Assembly (NCBI GenBank): GCA_902601345.1 | Contig: CACKMK010000002.1 | Span: forward strand, 43,571 to 107,570 | Direction of reading: 5' to 3' | Source: an uncultured Candidatus Poseidoniales archaeon | GTDB lineage: Archaea; Thermoplasmatota; Poseidoniia; Poseidoniales; Thalassarchaeaceae | DNA length: 64,000 bases | In this document: positions 1-10,700 of the stretch, piece after piece | How positions within the stretch are numbered: position 1 is the stretch's first letter | Layout of the letters: each line of letters starts with the position of its first letter | Program-made: the position numbers and the translations under genes | Notes under the pieces: model-generated | What the model was told of the DNA's origin: nothing | Seen by the model: the letters and a program-made list of their open reading frames with translations, nothing else | The model's database searches: none

Positions 1-649
1 TCGCAGCCGCTTCCCATGGTGTTGAGCCATCGTATGATTTTCCAATTGCGCCGACCTTTCCATTGGAAAATGGTGCCTTGCCGAGGTACTCGACAGCTGC
101 GTGGATGCCTAACTGTTCATCGAGACCCATGAGGTCCATGCAATGATTAGATTCCCCGGTTCCGAAAACGCTAACCTGTGCTACTCCGAAACCATGAGGT
201 ACAAAATTCTCAATTAGGAACCTCCCGAGTCTGTCTGCAGGAGTTAATGCGTCTACGTCGCCATCATCATAATATGGGCCTATTTCGGCAATGATCGGTA
301 CCTTACAATCTTCTTGGATCTCTGAAGAGTCCATATCACATCCTTCTATGATTGGAAGCCAGAGGCCTAGGTGGACTTCGGCCCCTCCTAATGCTCCAGC
401 ACCGCCGTCTGAAACAGTAATTTCAGGAACTGGGACAAAAATCGATCTCACGGTATCGATGGGATATGACCCATTAGAAGATACTCTACTGAATACATCA
501 TCGTCTCTGTAAATCAGGTTCGAACGATCTTCCACTCTGGGTAGCCAGTGTTCTTCTTCGACCTCCATAGATTCGGTAGAACCGTCTCCCATGCATCCCG
601 AAAATACTGGTGCCAACAAGAGTAGGATCGCTAGATAGGTTCGATGCAT
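1..649 (-). CDS. Partial (5' end lies beyond the window start) lipoprotein of the CocE/NonD (S15, X-Pro dipeptidyl-peptidase-like) alpha/beta-hydrolase family
   Basis: My own minus-strand translation from the ATG at 647-649 gives MHRTYLAILLLLAPVFSGC..., a signal peptide with a lipobox Cys. Further in, GKVGAIGKSYDGSTPWEAA fits the GxSYxG nucleophile elbow typical of CocE/NonD hydrolases. The ORF runs off the window edge, so it is absent from the ORF track. Confidence 0.45.
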   Translation of the reverse strand, partial: MHRTYLAILLLLAPVFSGCMGDGSTESMEVEEEHWLPRVEDRSNLIYRDDDVFSRVSSNGSYPIDTVRSIFVPVPEITVSDGGAGALGGAEVHLGLWLPIIEGCDMDSSEIQEDCKVPIIAEIGPYYDDGDVDALTPADRLGRFLIENFVPHGFGVAQVSVFGTGESNHCMDLMGLDEQLGIHAAVEYLGKAPFSNGKVGAIGKSYDGSTPWEAAA

Positions 650-724
650 TCGATATCGGTCCACTAATTGCACGGTTGGGCGAGTCTGCATGAATATTAG
701 GGATTAATGTCAGGGTGTTTCAGG

Positions 725-1183
725 CTATTCCTTCATCAACATCCTGAGTTCCTCGACTGAGCGTTGTTCGTCGAAGTAGACCACTTCTAGGGAGTCATAG
801 AGCTCCGAGTCTCCGAGTTCCTCCACCAACGGCAAAATCCTGCCATAAATTTCCGCCGCTGCCTTTTCTGTTTGGTACGCCTCTTCGAGTATTTCCTTGT
901 AATTTGAAGTATGAACTATCGGAGATGGGTCCCTCTCAGTTATTGCAGTTCCATCCAGTTTTACGATAGCGGAGCGAACTGTGGAAGCGTGCATCACAGA
1001 TTCGTTGACCTCATTGCTGAAGTGGGTTGATAGATGAAGCCGATGGATCCCTGACACGTATGCAGAATAGTGAGCATACATTGCTATTGCTCTCAGTTCC
1101 CAAGATAAAGCTTGATTTAGCGCTTCGACTAGTTGACTCTTTGGCATATTTCTGTGGTATGTGTTTGTGGCGAGTGCTATCAA
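725..1183 (-). CDS. Dps-like ferritin-fold protein (DNA protection during starvation family)
   Basis: 152 aa. LNQALSWELRAIAMYAHYSAYVSGIHRLHLSTHFSNE matches the Dps helix A/B pattern (LNxxLa...YHWnV.G..F..lH..fEE). Confidence 0.5.
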   Translation of the reverse strand: MIALATNTYHRNMPKSQLVEALNQALSWELRAIAMYAHYSAYVSGIHRLHLSTHFSNEVNESVMHASTVRSAIVKLDGTAITERDPSPIVHTSNYKEILEEAYQTEKAAAEIYGRILPLVEELGDSELYDSLEVVYFDEQRSVEELRMLMKE

Positions 1184-1248
1184 TACTCGTTTTTGAATAG
1201 AGTTTTTTCGGCCGCAACATATGTGTCTGTGTCCTGACTCGAGTAGAC

Positions 1249-2751
1249 GTGAGTGCGTACGAAGAATTACTGACGAGACTGAAAGATATCGACTTAATTA
1301 GACAAATAGGGAGCCTATTGAGTTGGGATCAGGAGGTGTTGATGCCTCCGAAGGCGGCTCCTCTGAGGGCAGAGCAACTTGCTTGGATTTCGAAGACTGC
1401 ACATGAGAGGCTAACTGATGACAGAGTAGGAGAAATATTGGATGAAATTGAGTCCAATGATGATATGGATGTAATTAAATCGGCGAATATCAGGCTTGCA
1501 AGGGAGGCTTTTGACAGGGCAACGAAGTTGCCTACAGAGTTCGTTGAAGAGATGGCGAAGCATCGTTCCAAGGCTCTGATTTCTTGGACTGAGGCGAGGG
1601 AGAAGGACGATTTCTCAATTTTCCGTGATGACCTCGAAATAGCGATTAGACATGCGAGGATGAAGGCCGATTTCTTCGGATATGATGGTCTGAGATACGA
1701 TGCGCTGCTCGATCTTTACGAAAGCGGTCTAACCGTGGAAAGACTCGACCCACTGTTTTCGGGTCTTAGGGAAAATGTGACACCCCTGATCAAGGAAGTA
1801 GTGGAAAGGGACGAAGGGCCGGATTTCTCATGGGTTACAGAAAGCACATGGAGTCAGAAAGCACAGGAAGAGCTGAGCCAAAGTGTTTCTGAGGCAATAG
1901 GTTTCGACTTCGGGGCAGGAAGGAGGGATCTGTCCACTCACCCATTCTGTGGGGGGCCTAATCCCGATGATGTAAGGTGGACAACTCGCTATAGTGAAGA
2001 GGAGCCGTTCGGATCCCTGTTTGGTTCAATGCATGAAACAGGTCACGGTACGTACGAACAAGGTAGACCTAGGGATTTGGACTTCCAACCGGCAGGAAAG
2101 GCAAACGGTCTTGGGATTCACGAGAGTCAAAGTCGCCTCTGGGAGAATCAGGTAGGGAGATCCCGGGAATTTTGTGAATGGTCCATCCCGTTGTGGAGGA
2201 AGTTCTTCCCAGAAAATATGGACGGAGTCAGCGCCGAGCAACTATGGCAGGCAGTTAATTTGGTGAAGCCTGGTTTAATCAGGGTTGATGCTGATGAGGC
2301 CACATACAATCTACACATCATGATCAGGTACGAGATCGAAAAGCAACTTATTGCTGGCGAAATAGATGTAGATGATCTTCCTGATGCTTGGGACGAAATG
2401 TACCATGAATACTTGGGAATTAGAGCTCCTTCCCGTACACTGGGAGTTCTTCAGGATATTCACTGGTCAATGGGTGCAATCGGCTACTTCCCAACGTACA
2501 CTCTCGGGAATCTTTACGCTGCTCAACTGCTCGAGTCAGCCAGAAAAGATCTCCCAGAACACGATACTCAGATTAGGGAGGGGGACTTCTCACCACTACT
2601 CAATTGGATGAGGGACAATGTCCACTCGAGGGGAAGCGTGCTGGAGCCAGCGGAGCTAATCAAGGAAGCAACTGGTCAGGACCCTTCCCCTGATGCTTTC
2701 ATAAGATATCTTAGCTCAAAGGTTGAGAGGCTTTACGGAGTTAGTGCTTAG
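1249..2751 (+). CDS. Carboxypeptidase Taq (M32 metallocarboxypeptidase)
   Basis: 500 aa. HETGHGTYEQG carries the HExxH zinc motif. GLIRVDADEATYNLHIMIRYEIEKQLI and the DAWDEMYHEYLGI region are typical of the M32 family. Confidence 0.85.
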   Translation: MSAYEELLTRLKDIDLIRQIGSLLSWDQEVLMPPKAAPLRAEQLAWISKTAHERLTDDRVGEILDEIESNDDMDVIKSANIRLAREAFDRATKLPTEFVEEMAKHRSKALISWTEAREKDDFSIFRDDLEIAIRHARMKADFFGYDGLRYDALLDLYESGLTVERLDPLFSGLRENVTPLIKEVVERDEGPDFSWVTESTWSQKAQEELSQSVSEAIGFDFGAGRRDLSTHPFCGGPNPDDVRWTTRYSEEEPFGSLFGSMHETGHGTYEQGRPRDLDFQPAGKANGLGIHESQSRLWENQVGRSREFCEWSIPLWRKFFPENMDGVSAEQLWQAVNLVKPGLIRVDADEATYNLHIMIRYEIEKQLIAGEIDVDDLPDAWDEMYHEYLGIRAPSRTLGVLQDIHWSMGAIGYFPTYTLGNLYAAQLLESARKDLPEHDTQIREGDFSPLLNWMRDNVHSRGSVLEPAELIKEATGQDPSPDAFIRYLSSKVERLYGVSA

Positions 2752-3853
2752 AAGTGGTGAGGTGCACATGACAGTATTCAGTCTGACTGACTACTCCTCC
2801 CTGGTCAGGGAGATTGGAGGGGAGTGTGCCTTCGTTAGAGTCTCAGGGAAATTACTGGTGTCGGGCTCCAAATCAGGAGAGGTTGCCTGCTGGGATTTGG
2901 ACAACGGTAAAGAGATGTGGAGATCAAAGTTCGAGGGTCCTTGTTCTAATGCGGATTCGAATAAAGATTTCCTGTTCTTCACAGAGTCAGATAGAGTTCA
3001 TTCAATTGTGTTGTCCTCTGGAGATGAGGCTTGGTGCGTGGAACTGGAGGGTTCTAGCGATCTTGTTAGAGTTTCTTCAGAGTGCGTTTGGGTGACTTCG
3101 TCTGTTTACAACTTCGAGATTCAGGACTATTCAGAGGGTTCGGTATGGAAAATTGACTATTCAGGAAAAGTTAGGTGGAAGGGTGACACGATAGGAAGAG
3201 CCTGGTCTCTATCTGATTTTCAAGGACAAGCAATCATGGGACTAAGTAGGCCTAAGTGTGGATATGCCATTGCATCCGAAACAGGAATTGAATATCTTGA
3301 GTTGGAAGAAAATAAGCCGATAACTGCTGGATGTAAATTAGATGGAGGAGGGATAGTTTTCGGGCATAGCAATGGATCGGTAACTGAGATATATGGAGAA
3401 GTCTGCTCTACCGTCAGCGTAGGAGACTCTGCGATCCGCGCGGTGGATTGCGGGACTAGTTGGGTTGCAGGGCTCGATTCTGGAGTCGTTTCAACCGGCG
3501 AATCCCTAGGATCATGGAAAATAGAGTCTTTTGGCTCCATTGATGTAGTTTCATTCGGTCCTTCGTTGGACGATGTCGCAGGCATATGGTACTCATCTTG
3601 GGACGGTAAAGGAGGAGTTTTCCTAGTAGACTCTTCATTTGGGAGTCTGCAGCTCGAGCTCTCTCACGAATCTAGGATAGTAACCTGTTTCGCTACTGAG
3701 CATACGATTTGCTTTGGAGATATTAGCGGATGCATACATGTAATCGAGAAGGAGGTTCTCCGGCGTCGTTTCGGAAGGCTCCCAGAAGGAGATATCGAAT
3801 CTGGAAGAGAATCGGAGCTTAGAAAGAAAATACGTGCACTGCGAGGTGCCTAA
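2723..3853 (+). CDS. Hypothetical beta-propeller (PQQ/WD-like repeat) protein
   Basis: 376 aa, rich in W/G/S/D with a repeated 'SG...VW...D..G' beta-strand pattern. It overlaps the carboxypeptidase 3' end by 29 nt; an alternative start is the Met at about 2768. Confidence 0.35.
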   Translation: MRGFTELVLRSGEVHMTVFSLTDYSSLVREIGGECAFVRVSGKLLVSGSKSGEVACWDLDNGKEMWRSKFEGPCSNADSNKDFLFFTESDRVHSIVLSSGDEAWCVELEGSSDLVRVSSECVWVTSSVYNFEIQDYSEGSVWKIDYSGKVRWKGDTIGRAWSLSDFQGQAIMGLSRPKCGYAIASETGIEYLELEENKPITAGCKLDGGGIVFGHSNGSVTEIYGEVCSTVSVGDSAIRAVDCGTSWVAGLDSGVVSTGESLGSWKIESFGSIDVVSFGPSLDDVAGIWYSSWDGKGGVFLVDSSFGSLQLELSHESRIVTCFATEHTICFGDISGCIHVIEKEVLRRRFGRLPEGDIESGRESELRKKIRALRGA

Positions 3854-4558
3854 TTTACAGTGGAAAAACACCCCAAAAACCCCCTATTTCCAGTGAACTG
3901 CTCCATTATTGACGAAATGTTTATGTGCCACCCATAACCCTGTGTTTCTTGCCGCTCCGGGGGAGTGGTGTGAGGGCGCTTCGGCGCGACTCGCGGGCCA
4001 CAAAAACCGAGCCCCGAAACCGGGGCGGTAAAACCGAAATCCGAAAGGAAATCGGGGAATGGCTGGAGCGTCTGTGGACGCAAAGGCCGCGGCGAATAAA
4101 TCGGACGAACTGGAGGTAACGAAAGGGAGAGCGAGATAGGAGCTGAAGAGATACACATGCGTAGGGTGAAGAGAATGAACCTGGGTCATGTAGGTGGGGA
4201 ACGAGGCAGAGATAACCGGACGCAAGGAAGGGGAAGGAAACCAAGGGAAACACCGGGCAACAAGGGCGGGGAGACCCGTGGAGAAGCCAGTATCGAGACG
4301 TGAAAGGAAAAGCGGAGACGAAGTACCAGAAGCGGATGCGGCGAGTGAAAGGGAGATCTATTACGAGTCGGAAAATGACAAAGGAAGAGCATGAAGTTCC
4401 GGAGTCGTCTACCCGGGGGAACCCGGGCCTTCGGGCCCGGGGGACACCCGGACCCTGCGGAGTTAACAGGGGGGGAAGCTCCCCCATGTGCTGAACCCCC
4501 TGTTGCTCCCACCTAATATCGGCCCAGAAATTTCCTGAAGACTAGTGGAAACTACTGC
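3854..4558. other. Long purine-rich convergent intergenic region with stable UUCG-tetraloop hairpins; candidate structured ncRNA
   Basis: About 700 nt between two convergent stop codons. The plus strand is strongly A/G-rich. It contains gcgc-ttcg-gcgc (about 3976-3987), ccccg-aaac-cgggg (about 4011-4026), cccgggcc-ttcg-ggcccggg (4422-4441) and aacaggggg...ccccctgtt (about 4465-4505). The ORFs in the track here are low-complexity Pro/Arg/Gly runs on both strands. Confidence 0.25.
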
Positions 4559-6160
4559 TTATTCCATTGGACCAGTCATATCACCAGGTCTGACCCATTC
4601 TTCGAACTGCTGCTCATTCACCAGGTCCAGTTGGATAGCACTTTGCCTTAGAGTAAGTCCCTTCTCATGGGCATTCTTAGCGATTTTAGCTGCATTGTCG
4701 TATCCGATGTGTGGATTCAGAGCGGTAACTAGCATCAATGAGTTCTCGAGGTGCTCGGCAATCTTTGCTTCGTTTGCGCTGAGCCCGAGTATGCAATTTT
4801 CAGAGAAAGATACACAGCTATCTGAAAGCAGCCTTGTGCTATGCAGGAGATTATGGATCATCAACGGCTTGAAAACGTTCAGTTCGAAGTTCCCCTGACT
4901 TCCACCGATGGAGATAGCGACGTGGTTCCCCATTACTTGGCAACAGACCATAGTCATGGCCTCAGACTGTGTTGGATTGACCTTGCCAGGCATTATACTA
5001 GAGCCTGGTTCATTCGCGGGTAGAGAGAGTTCTCCGAAACCACATCTAGGTCCGGATCCAAGCCATCTCACATCATTGGCTATCTTCATCAATGAGGCTG
5101 AAAGTGTATTCAAAGCGCCAGAAGCTGCTACGATGGCATCGTGAGCTGCTAGTTGTGCAAACTTATTCTCTGCACTGATGAAAGGTAGGCCTGTTTTTTC
5201 TGAAATCTTACCAGCGACTATCTCTGCGAAATCGGGATGAGTATTGAGGCCGGTTCCAACTGCAGTCCCTCCTAGTGCTAGTTCGTACAAATCGTTCAGA
5301 GCCGTTTGAATTCTAATCAAGTCGGCATCCAACATCGACACGTAAGCACCAAACTCCTGTCCAAGTGTTAGCGGAACGGCATCCATGAGGTGGGTTCTGC
5401 CGATTTTGACTATGTCAGAGAACTCTTCCTCCTTCTCCGCTAAAGAATGTCGAAGTTTCAGTACTGATGGAATTAGTCGATGTTGTATTTCCTCAGCTGC
5501 AGCGATGTGCATTGCGGTTGGAAACGTATCATTACTAGACTGCGCGCGGTTTACATGATCATTAGGGTGTACCGGAGATTTACTGCCCAGCTTTCCTCCG
5601 GATATCTCAATTGCCCTATTCGCAACAACCTCGTTTGCATTCATGTTCGTCTGAGTCCCAGAGCCCGTCTGCCAAATCCTGAGGGGGAAATGGGAGTCTA
5701 GAACCCCAGAAATCACCTCTTCACATGTTTCCGTGATCAGTTTTCCAATGTCATCTTCCAGTACTCCGAGCTTGACATTTGTCTCTGCTGCTGCCTGCTT
5801 TAGGATTCCGAATGCACGAATCACAGATCTAGGCATTCTATCTTCTCCTATGTCGAAGTTGATCAGAGACCTTGCTGTCTGTGCCCCATAATATCTATCA
5901 GCAGGAACTTCTATGTCCCCCATTGTATCGGTCTCAACCCTTACTTTGAGATTGGTCTTGTTCGGTTTTCGAGACTTTTTCTCTCCAGAGTTCGGCTTGT
6001 TGATAACGGCTCCAGAAAGGGAGCTTTCAATCATCTTGGAAATAGTGGCAGATCTTCCCTCTCCTCTGCCCTTACCAACCCTAGCGTCCAATCTTCTAGC
6101 AATATCCTCAGGAATACTGACTGAAATTATTCTACGATCACCGACCCGATGTTTCGCCAT
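4559..6160 (-). CDS. fumC: Class II fumarate hydratase (FumC); the longest ORF includes a 79-aa in-frame N-terminal extension, and the canonical start is probably the Met at 5921-5923
   Basis: [17 protein letters not shown] is the fumarase/aspartase-family signature. [15 protein letters not shown] is FumC-like rather than aspartase-like. The internal [19 protein letters not shown] matches the usual FumC N-terminus. Confidence 0.85.
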   Translation of the reverse strand: MAKHRVGDRRIISVSIPEDIARRLDARVGKGRGEGRSATISKMIESSLSGAVINKPNSGEKKSRKPNKTNLKVRVETDTMGDIEVPADRYYGAQTARSLINFDIGEDRMPRSVIRAFGILKQAAAETNVKLGVLEDDIGKLITETCEEVISGVLDSHFPLRIWQTGSGTQTNMNANEVVANRAIEISGGKLGSKSPVHPNDHVNRAQSSNDTFPTAMHIAAAEEIQHRLIPSVLKLRHSLAEKEEEFSDIVKIGRTHLMDAVPLTLGQEFGAYVSMLDADLIRIQTALNDLYELALGGTAVGTGLNTHPDFAEIVAGKISEKTGLPFISAENKFAQLAAHDAIVAASGALNTLSASLMKIANDVRWLGSGPRCGFGELSLPANEPGSSIMPGKVNPTQSEAMTMVCCQVMGNHVAISIGGSQGNFELNVFKPLMIHNLLHSTRLLSDSCVSFSENCILGLSANEAKIAEHLENSLMLVTALNPHIGYDNAAKIAKNAHEKGLTLRQSAIQLDLVNEQQFEEWVRPGDMTGPME

Positions 6161-6211
6161 AATAATACTATTAATAACTTATTAATAAATATATTTACTA
6201 CAGTCTAATCA
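6161..6211 (-). promoter_or_regulatory. AT-rich putative TATA/BRE promoter region upstream of fumC
   Basis: ataataatactattaataacttattaataaatatatttac is a sharp AT-rich island in an otherwise roughly 50% GC sequence, immediately 5' of the fumC ORF on the minus strand. Confidence 0.35.
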
Positions 6212-6721
6212 TCATACTCTCTCTACACTGATTATCTTCTGAGGTGACACCGGTCTATCTCCGGGACGAGTCTCTGTGGACTCAATCTTCCTAACTACTT
6301 CCATCCCCTTAGCAACTTCGCCGAATACAGCATGGTTTCCATCGAGCCAGGGAGTGGGTACAGTAGTAAGAAAGAACTGGGAACCCCCCGTATCTCGTCC
6401 TGCGTTTGCCATAGAGAATATCCCTGGCCTGTCGTGTTTTTTCGATAATGCAGATGTCTCACATGGTATCTTCCAGCCGGGACCTCCGGTACCGGCTCTC
6501 CCATTGTTTGCATCTCTTGAATGTGGACATCCTCCTTGGATCATGAAATCTTTGATTATTCTGTGGAAGTGTAGGCCATCATAGAAGCCGTCGTCTACTA
6601 ATTTAAGGAAGTTGTTTGTTGTCTCTGGGCATTCCTCTGTGTACAATTGAATTTCTATCTCTCCCGCACTTGTTGTCATTCTTACGTATGTCATATTGTA
6701 TGAGTAGAAAAACAGGTTCAA
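6212..6721 (-). CDS. Peptidyl-prolyl cis-trans isomerase, cyclophilin type
   Basis: HFHRIIKDFMIQGG and GGSQFFLTTVPTPWLDGNHAVFGEV are cyclophilin signatures. Confidence 0.85.
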   Translation of the reverse strand: MNLFFYSYNMTYVRMTTSAGEIEIQLYTEECPETTNNFLKLVDDGFYDGLHFHRIIKDFMIQGGCPHSRDANNGRAGTGGPGWKIPCETSALSKKHDRPGIFSMANAGRDTGGSQFFLTTVPTPWLDGNHAVFGEVAKGMEVVRKIESTETRPGDRPVSPQKIISVERV

Positions 6722-6739
6722 TATGGTATTGTATTGCAG

Positions 6740-7138
6740 CTATGCAACTGTTGAGCCCGGCATAGTTCCTTCTGGGGCCTCCAACAGTCTGACTGTACCA
6801 TCCGCATCTAAAGCACCCAAGACCAGGAATTGGGAAACGAAGCCCGTGGGTAGTGTCTTCTCTCCTAGATTAATAGCCGCTACTACCATCCTTCCTATCA
6901 ATTGTGAACGGGAGTAGTTTGTAATCTGAGCCGAGCTCCAAAGCCTTCCAACTATGGGTCCAAAATCAACTCTAATCTTGTAAGATGGCTTTCTCATCTC
7001 TGGGAATTCCTGGACATCATCAATTATTCCGGCCCTCATATCCACAGAAAGAAATTCTCCGATTCCGATATACTCCTTTCTCTCAAGTTTGGATGGGTGG
7101 TATGGCAGACTTTCTGAATCAATGTCGTGCTGTCCCAT
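6740..7138 (-). CDS. tRNA-binding domain protein (CsaA/Trbp111-like, EMAP-fold)
   Basis: KIRVDFGPIVGRLWSSAQITNYSRSQLIGRMVVAAINLGEK matches the tRNA-binding OB-fold found at the C-terminus of MetRS and in CsaA. Confidence 0.55.
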   Translation of the reverse strand: MGQHDIDSESLPYHPSKLERKEYIGIGEFLSVDMRAGIIDDVQEFPEMRKPSYKIRVDFGPIVGRLWSSAQITNYSRSQLIGRMVVAAINLGEKTLPTGFVSQFLVLGALDADGTVRLLEAPEGTMPGSTVA

Positions 7139-7142
7139 CTCT

Positions 7143-7727
7143 TCAACTCGCGATATCGGATTTAACGGTGAGAGGAATTAAGTTTATTCCAGCCTCCTCG
7201 AAGGCTTCCAATCCTCCCTCTTGTCTATCTAGTATAGTGATACAACAGACTACATCACAACCCATCTGATTGAGTGTTCTTGCCGCCTTCAAAGCGGACC
7301 CCCCGGTAGTTGTGACGTCCTCAAGAAGAACTACTCTATTCCCCGGCTGTAAACTAGACCCTTCTATCCCGGGAGGGTTTCCTGTCTTTCTCCCACCCCT
7401 GCCCTTTGGTTCCTTTCTGACAATAAAGCCTCTCAATGAGGATCCCTGTGCTGCCTTAGCGATTGTAATTCCTGTTAATGGTACAGCTCCTAATTCGAGG
7501 CCTCCAACTGCATCTACCTCCCCAATCTTCTTGATTTGATCATGAATTAGGATTCCAAGAAGATGAGCGCATTCCGGGTCCATCATAACTGGTTTCATGT
7601 CAAAGAAGTGCTTACTCTTTCTTCCACTGGCTAATGTGAAGGCCTCTTCCTCCGAGAAAAGATAAGCAAGATCGCGTATTCTGTAAATTAGTATTTCTCG
7701 GGCCTGTTCCACTGATGTTGAGGTCAT
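7143..7727 (-). CDS. pyrE: Orotate phosphoribosyltransferase
   Basis: VVLLEDVTTTGGSALKAARTLNQMGCDVV is a PRPP-binding motif in the PyrE context. 194 aa. Confidence 0.8.
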   Translation of the reverse strand: MTSTSVEQAREILIYRIRDLAYLFSEEEAFTLASGRKSKHFFDMKPVMMDPECAHLLGILIHDQIKKIGEVDAVGGLELGAVPLTGITIAKAAQGSSLRGFIVRKEPKGRGGRKTGNPPGIEGSSLQPGNRVVLLEDVTTTGGSALKAARTLNQMGCDVVCCITILDRQEGGLEAFEEAGINLIPLTVKSDIAS

Positions 7728-7756
7728 TCTACCTGATATGGCCTTGACGTAATGTC

Positions 7757-10700
7757 ATGAAGATTGCCTTCATTGAGGTGAATTTCGAGCAAGATGACGG
7801 TGAATGTTCTTGGACGGCCTCTTCGGAGTGGTTAGTGTTGTCGCGAGGGGAAGGCATGTCCAAGAACATCAGAGCCGAGGAAATAGATGTAAAGAGGCTC
7901 GAGATTGAGCGTTCGGATTATTACGAATCTCTGGATAAGGAAATAGAGGAAGCGTATACAATCGCAGCGGAGGCAAAAAAGAAGGGTCTGGACTTTTCTG
8001 AGTCAGTTGAGATACCTAGAGCGTCGGATTTGGCTAGTAGAACCGAGAAGCTCCTTGAAGACCCGTACCTCTATGTTGATCCGGATCAAAGGGCTAAGCA
8101 GCCGCTGAAAATTGAGGGATATCTGAGGGAGCTGCTGCAGAAGCACGACAGGGAAAGTGCTGCAATAATGATCGCGATTCACGTTACAAAGGAGATGCAT
8201 TCTGCGACCGGTGACAGAAGGAGAGCTATTGATTCTGGACTAAGAGTGGGGTTGGCGGTCCTCACTGAGGCTGTCCTGGTGGCCCCATTGGATGGTATAG
8301 GCGAAGTCAGAATAATGAGCAACTCGGATGGATCTGAGTTTCTTTCAATTGATTTCTGCGGCCCCATCAGGGCTGCAGGGGGTACTGCTCAGGCTCTAGG
8401 TGTACTAATTGGTGACATTCTAAGAAGGGAAATAGGAGTGGGCAGATACATCCCAACTGTTCCCGAAGTAGAGAGGGTGAAAGAGGAGTTCGGGCTTTAT
8501 CGTGCGAATCTCCAGTTTAAGCCAGAACCAGAAGAGACAGACCTGATTGTCAACGAGTGCCCGGTGATGATCAACGGCGAAGAGACCGAGAGAATGGAGT
8601 GTGCGGGTTACAAGGAAGTTAGGAACATAGTGAATGACAATGGTTCTTTCAGAACCAGAGTAAGGGGAGGGGTGATGCTAGTAATCGCAGAGGGTCTATG
8701 CCTCAAGGCTCCAAAGATCCGCAGTCACACTGAGAGATTGGGGGTTCCGGGGTGGGATTTCATTTCCAAATTCGCTGATAAGAAGAAGGATGGAAAGTCG
8801 GAAACTACCGAATTGAAGAGTAGGGTTCTGGAAAAAGAAGGACGATACATGGAAGATGTGATTGCGGGCAGACCCGTTTTCGGAGAGCCGCGAGAACCCG
8901 GGGGCTTTAGGCTAAGATATGGTAGGAGTAGAGCTACAGGACTTGCAGCGGCTGGTCTGAATCCGATTACGATGGAAGCATTAGGAGGATTCCTATCAGT
9001 AGGGACTCAGATGAAGATCGAGGGGCCCGGGAAGGCCTGTGCAGTTACACCATGTGTGGACATTGATGGTCCAACCGTTCTACTGAGAAACGGGGAATTC
9101 GTTAGAGTAGGGAGTCAGGAGGAGTGGAAGAGGTGCGAGGGTGAATTGCTCTCGATATGGGATGCTGGGGAAATTCTACTTGGCTATGGGGAGTTTCTGG
9201 AGAATAACAAATCTCTTTCTCCATCCTCCTATTCTGTAGATTGGTGGTCGGTTGATCTTGCAGATTCTCTTGACTCGCATGAGAAAATAGAGTCTTTCGC
9301 TGAGATAATCGGAGTAAAAGTAGGGAAATTACCACCTGGAATGCCATTCAATGGAGCAATTAGCCGTGGAGGTGAATCTAGATTAGAGAGGTCTTTGAGG
9401 AAGAGGAGTTGGATTTCCTATCTCAAAAGTTTAGAGCTATCTTGGGATATGGTCAAAGAGATATGTGAGAGCTTTGGAACCGCTGTCCCCCCTCCATGGA
9501 ACCTCTGGTGGTCAGATTTGCCAATCCAGTTCCTACCTCCTTTAGCTAATGAAATTGAGTCTTATGGAAAAATCGAGGGTTCTTCCCTTAGGATAGGGAA
9601 GTCGGTGGAGGGATGGCCATACTCCTTCGATAAGGATTCAATTGGACTCGCAAATCCGATTCTTGGTGAGTGGCCACGTTGGACAGAAGTTTACCGCCAT
9701 GGATTAGTTAAGTCATCATTGATGACTCTAGGGCTTGTTCATCATCATGAGGGTTCTGATATCGTAATTCCTCTACATTGGGAGGGTCTGCTAGATGGTT
9801 TGGGTCTTGGAGAAGCAGACGGGAGAATCATAGTCAGGAGGGAGGTTGATTCACTGGTCTCGCAGACAGTAGGAAAGATTTCAGAAGTATTGAATTCCAA
9901 AAAAAAGGAAGACAGGGAGAAGAGAGCTGTTGACGACTATCTGGTTGAGAGGTCTCTTAGTTTGGTTCGAAAGGTCTCAGAGCTTCCTAGATGGGAAGAC
10001 TCGGTCCCCTGTAGAATCGGGGCTAGAATGGGTAGACCCGAGAAGTCCGGTGTTAGGGAAATGAGTCCGATGGTTCACTCGCTCTTCCCGATCGGAGAGA
10101 ATGGTGGACCTCAGAGGTTGGTTTCAGAAGCGTCCTCGAGAGGGGCTATCAGAGTAACAGTTGGTCCGAGGATCTGTCAAAAGTGCGGTAAGGAGACACC
10201 TCACGTAACTTGTCATCACCGACCGGACCCCAAGGAACCCATAGAGTGCGGAGGCAGGACCTTGGAAGGACCTTCAAGAAATAGGAGAGGTAGAAGGAAG
10301 GGAGAAATCACCGCAGTGAACCTAGGATCAATTCTGGAAGTAAAGCGGAGGAGGCTTGGTTTGGACAGGATTCCTAGCAAAATCAAGGCAGTGAAGGGAT
10401 TGGTCTCAAAGGATCAGGCTCCCGAGCAAATCGAGAAAGGGATACTGAGAGGATTACATGGTTTGTCTGTTTTCAGAGACGGAACAGCTAGATTCGACAT
10501 GAGTGACGTCCCAGTTACTCACTTCAGGCCATCAGAGATTGGTACGTCGTGGAAGAGGCTTGTTGAATTGGGATATACCCACGATCACGTTGGCGAGCCC
10601 CTGAAGAACGACGAACAACTACTGGAGTTGCTCCCCCAGGACTTCATTCCTTCCAGGTTAGCCTCCAATCATCTTCTTTCAACGTGCTCTTTCGTGGATG

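Noticed and set aside
291-512. Plus-strand 73-aa ORF
   Set aside because: It lies wholly inside, and antisense to, the better-supported CocE/NonD-type hydrolase gene that runs off the window edge.
3921-4487. Minus-strand 188-aa ORF, with overlapping 60-113-aa ORFs on both strands, inside the purine-rich region
   Set aside because: The products are Pro/Arg/Gly/Ser low-complexity strings with no start context. Several mutually overlapping ORFs on both strands are typical of a compositional-skew artifact. The region is treated as non-coding or a candidate ncRNA.
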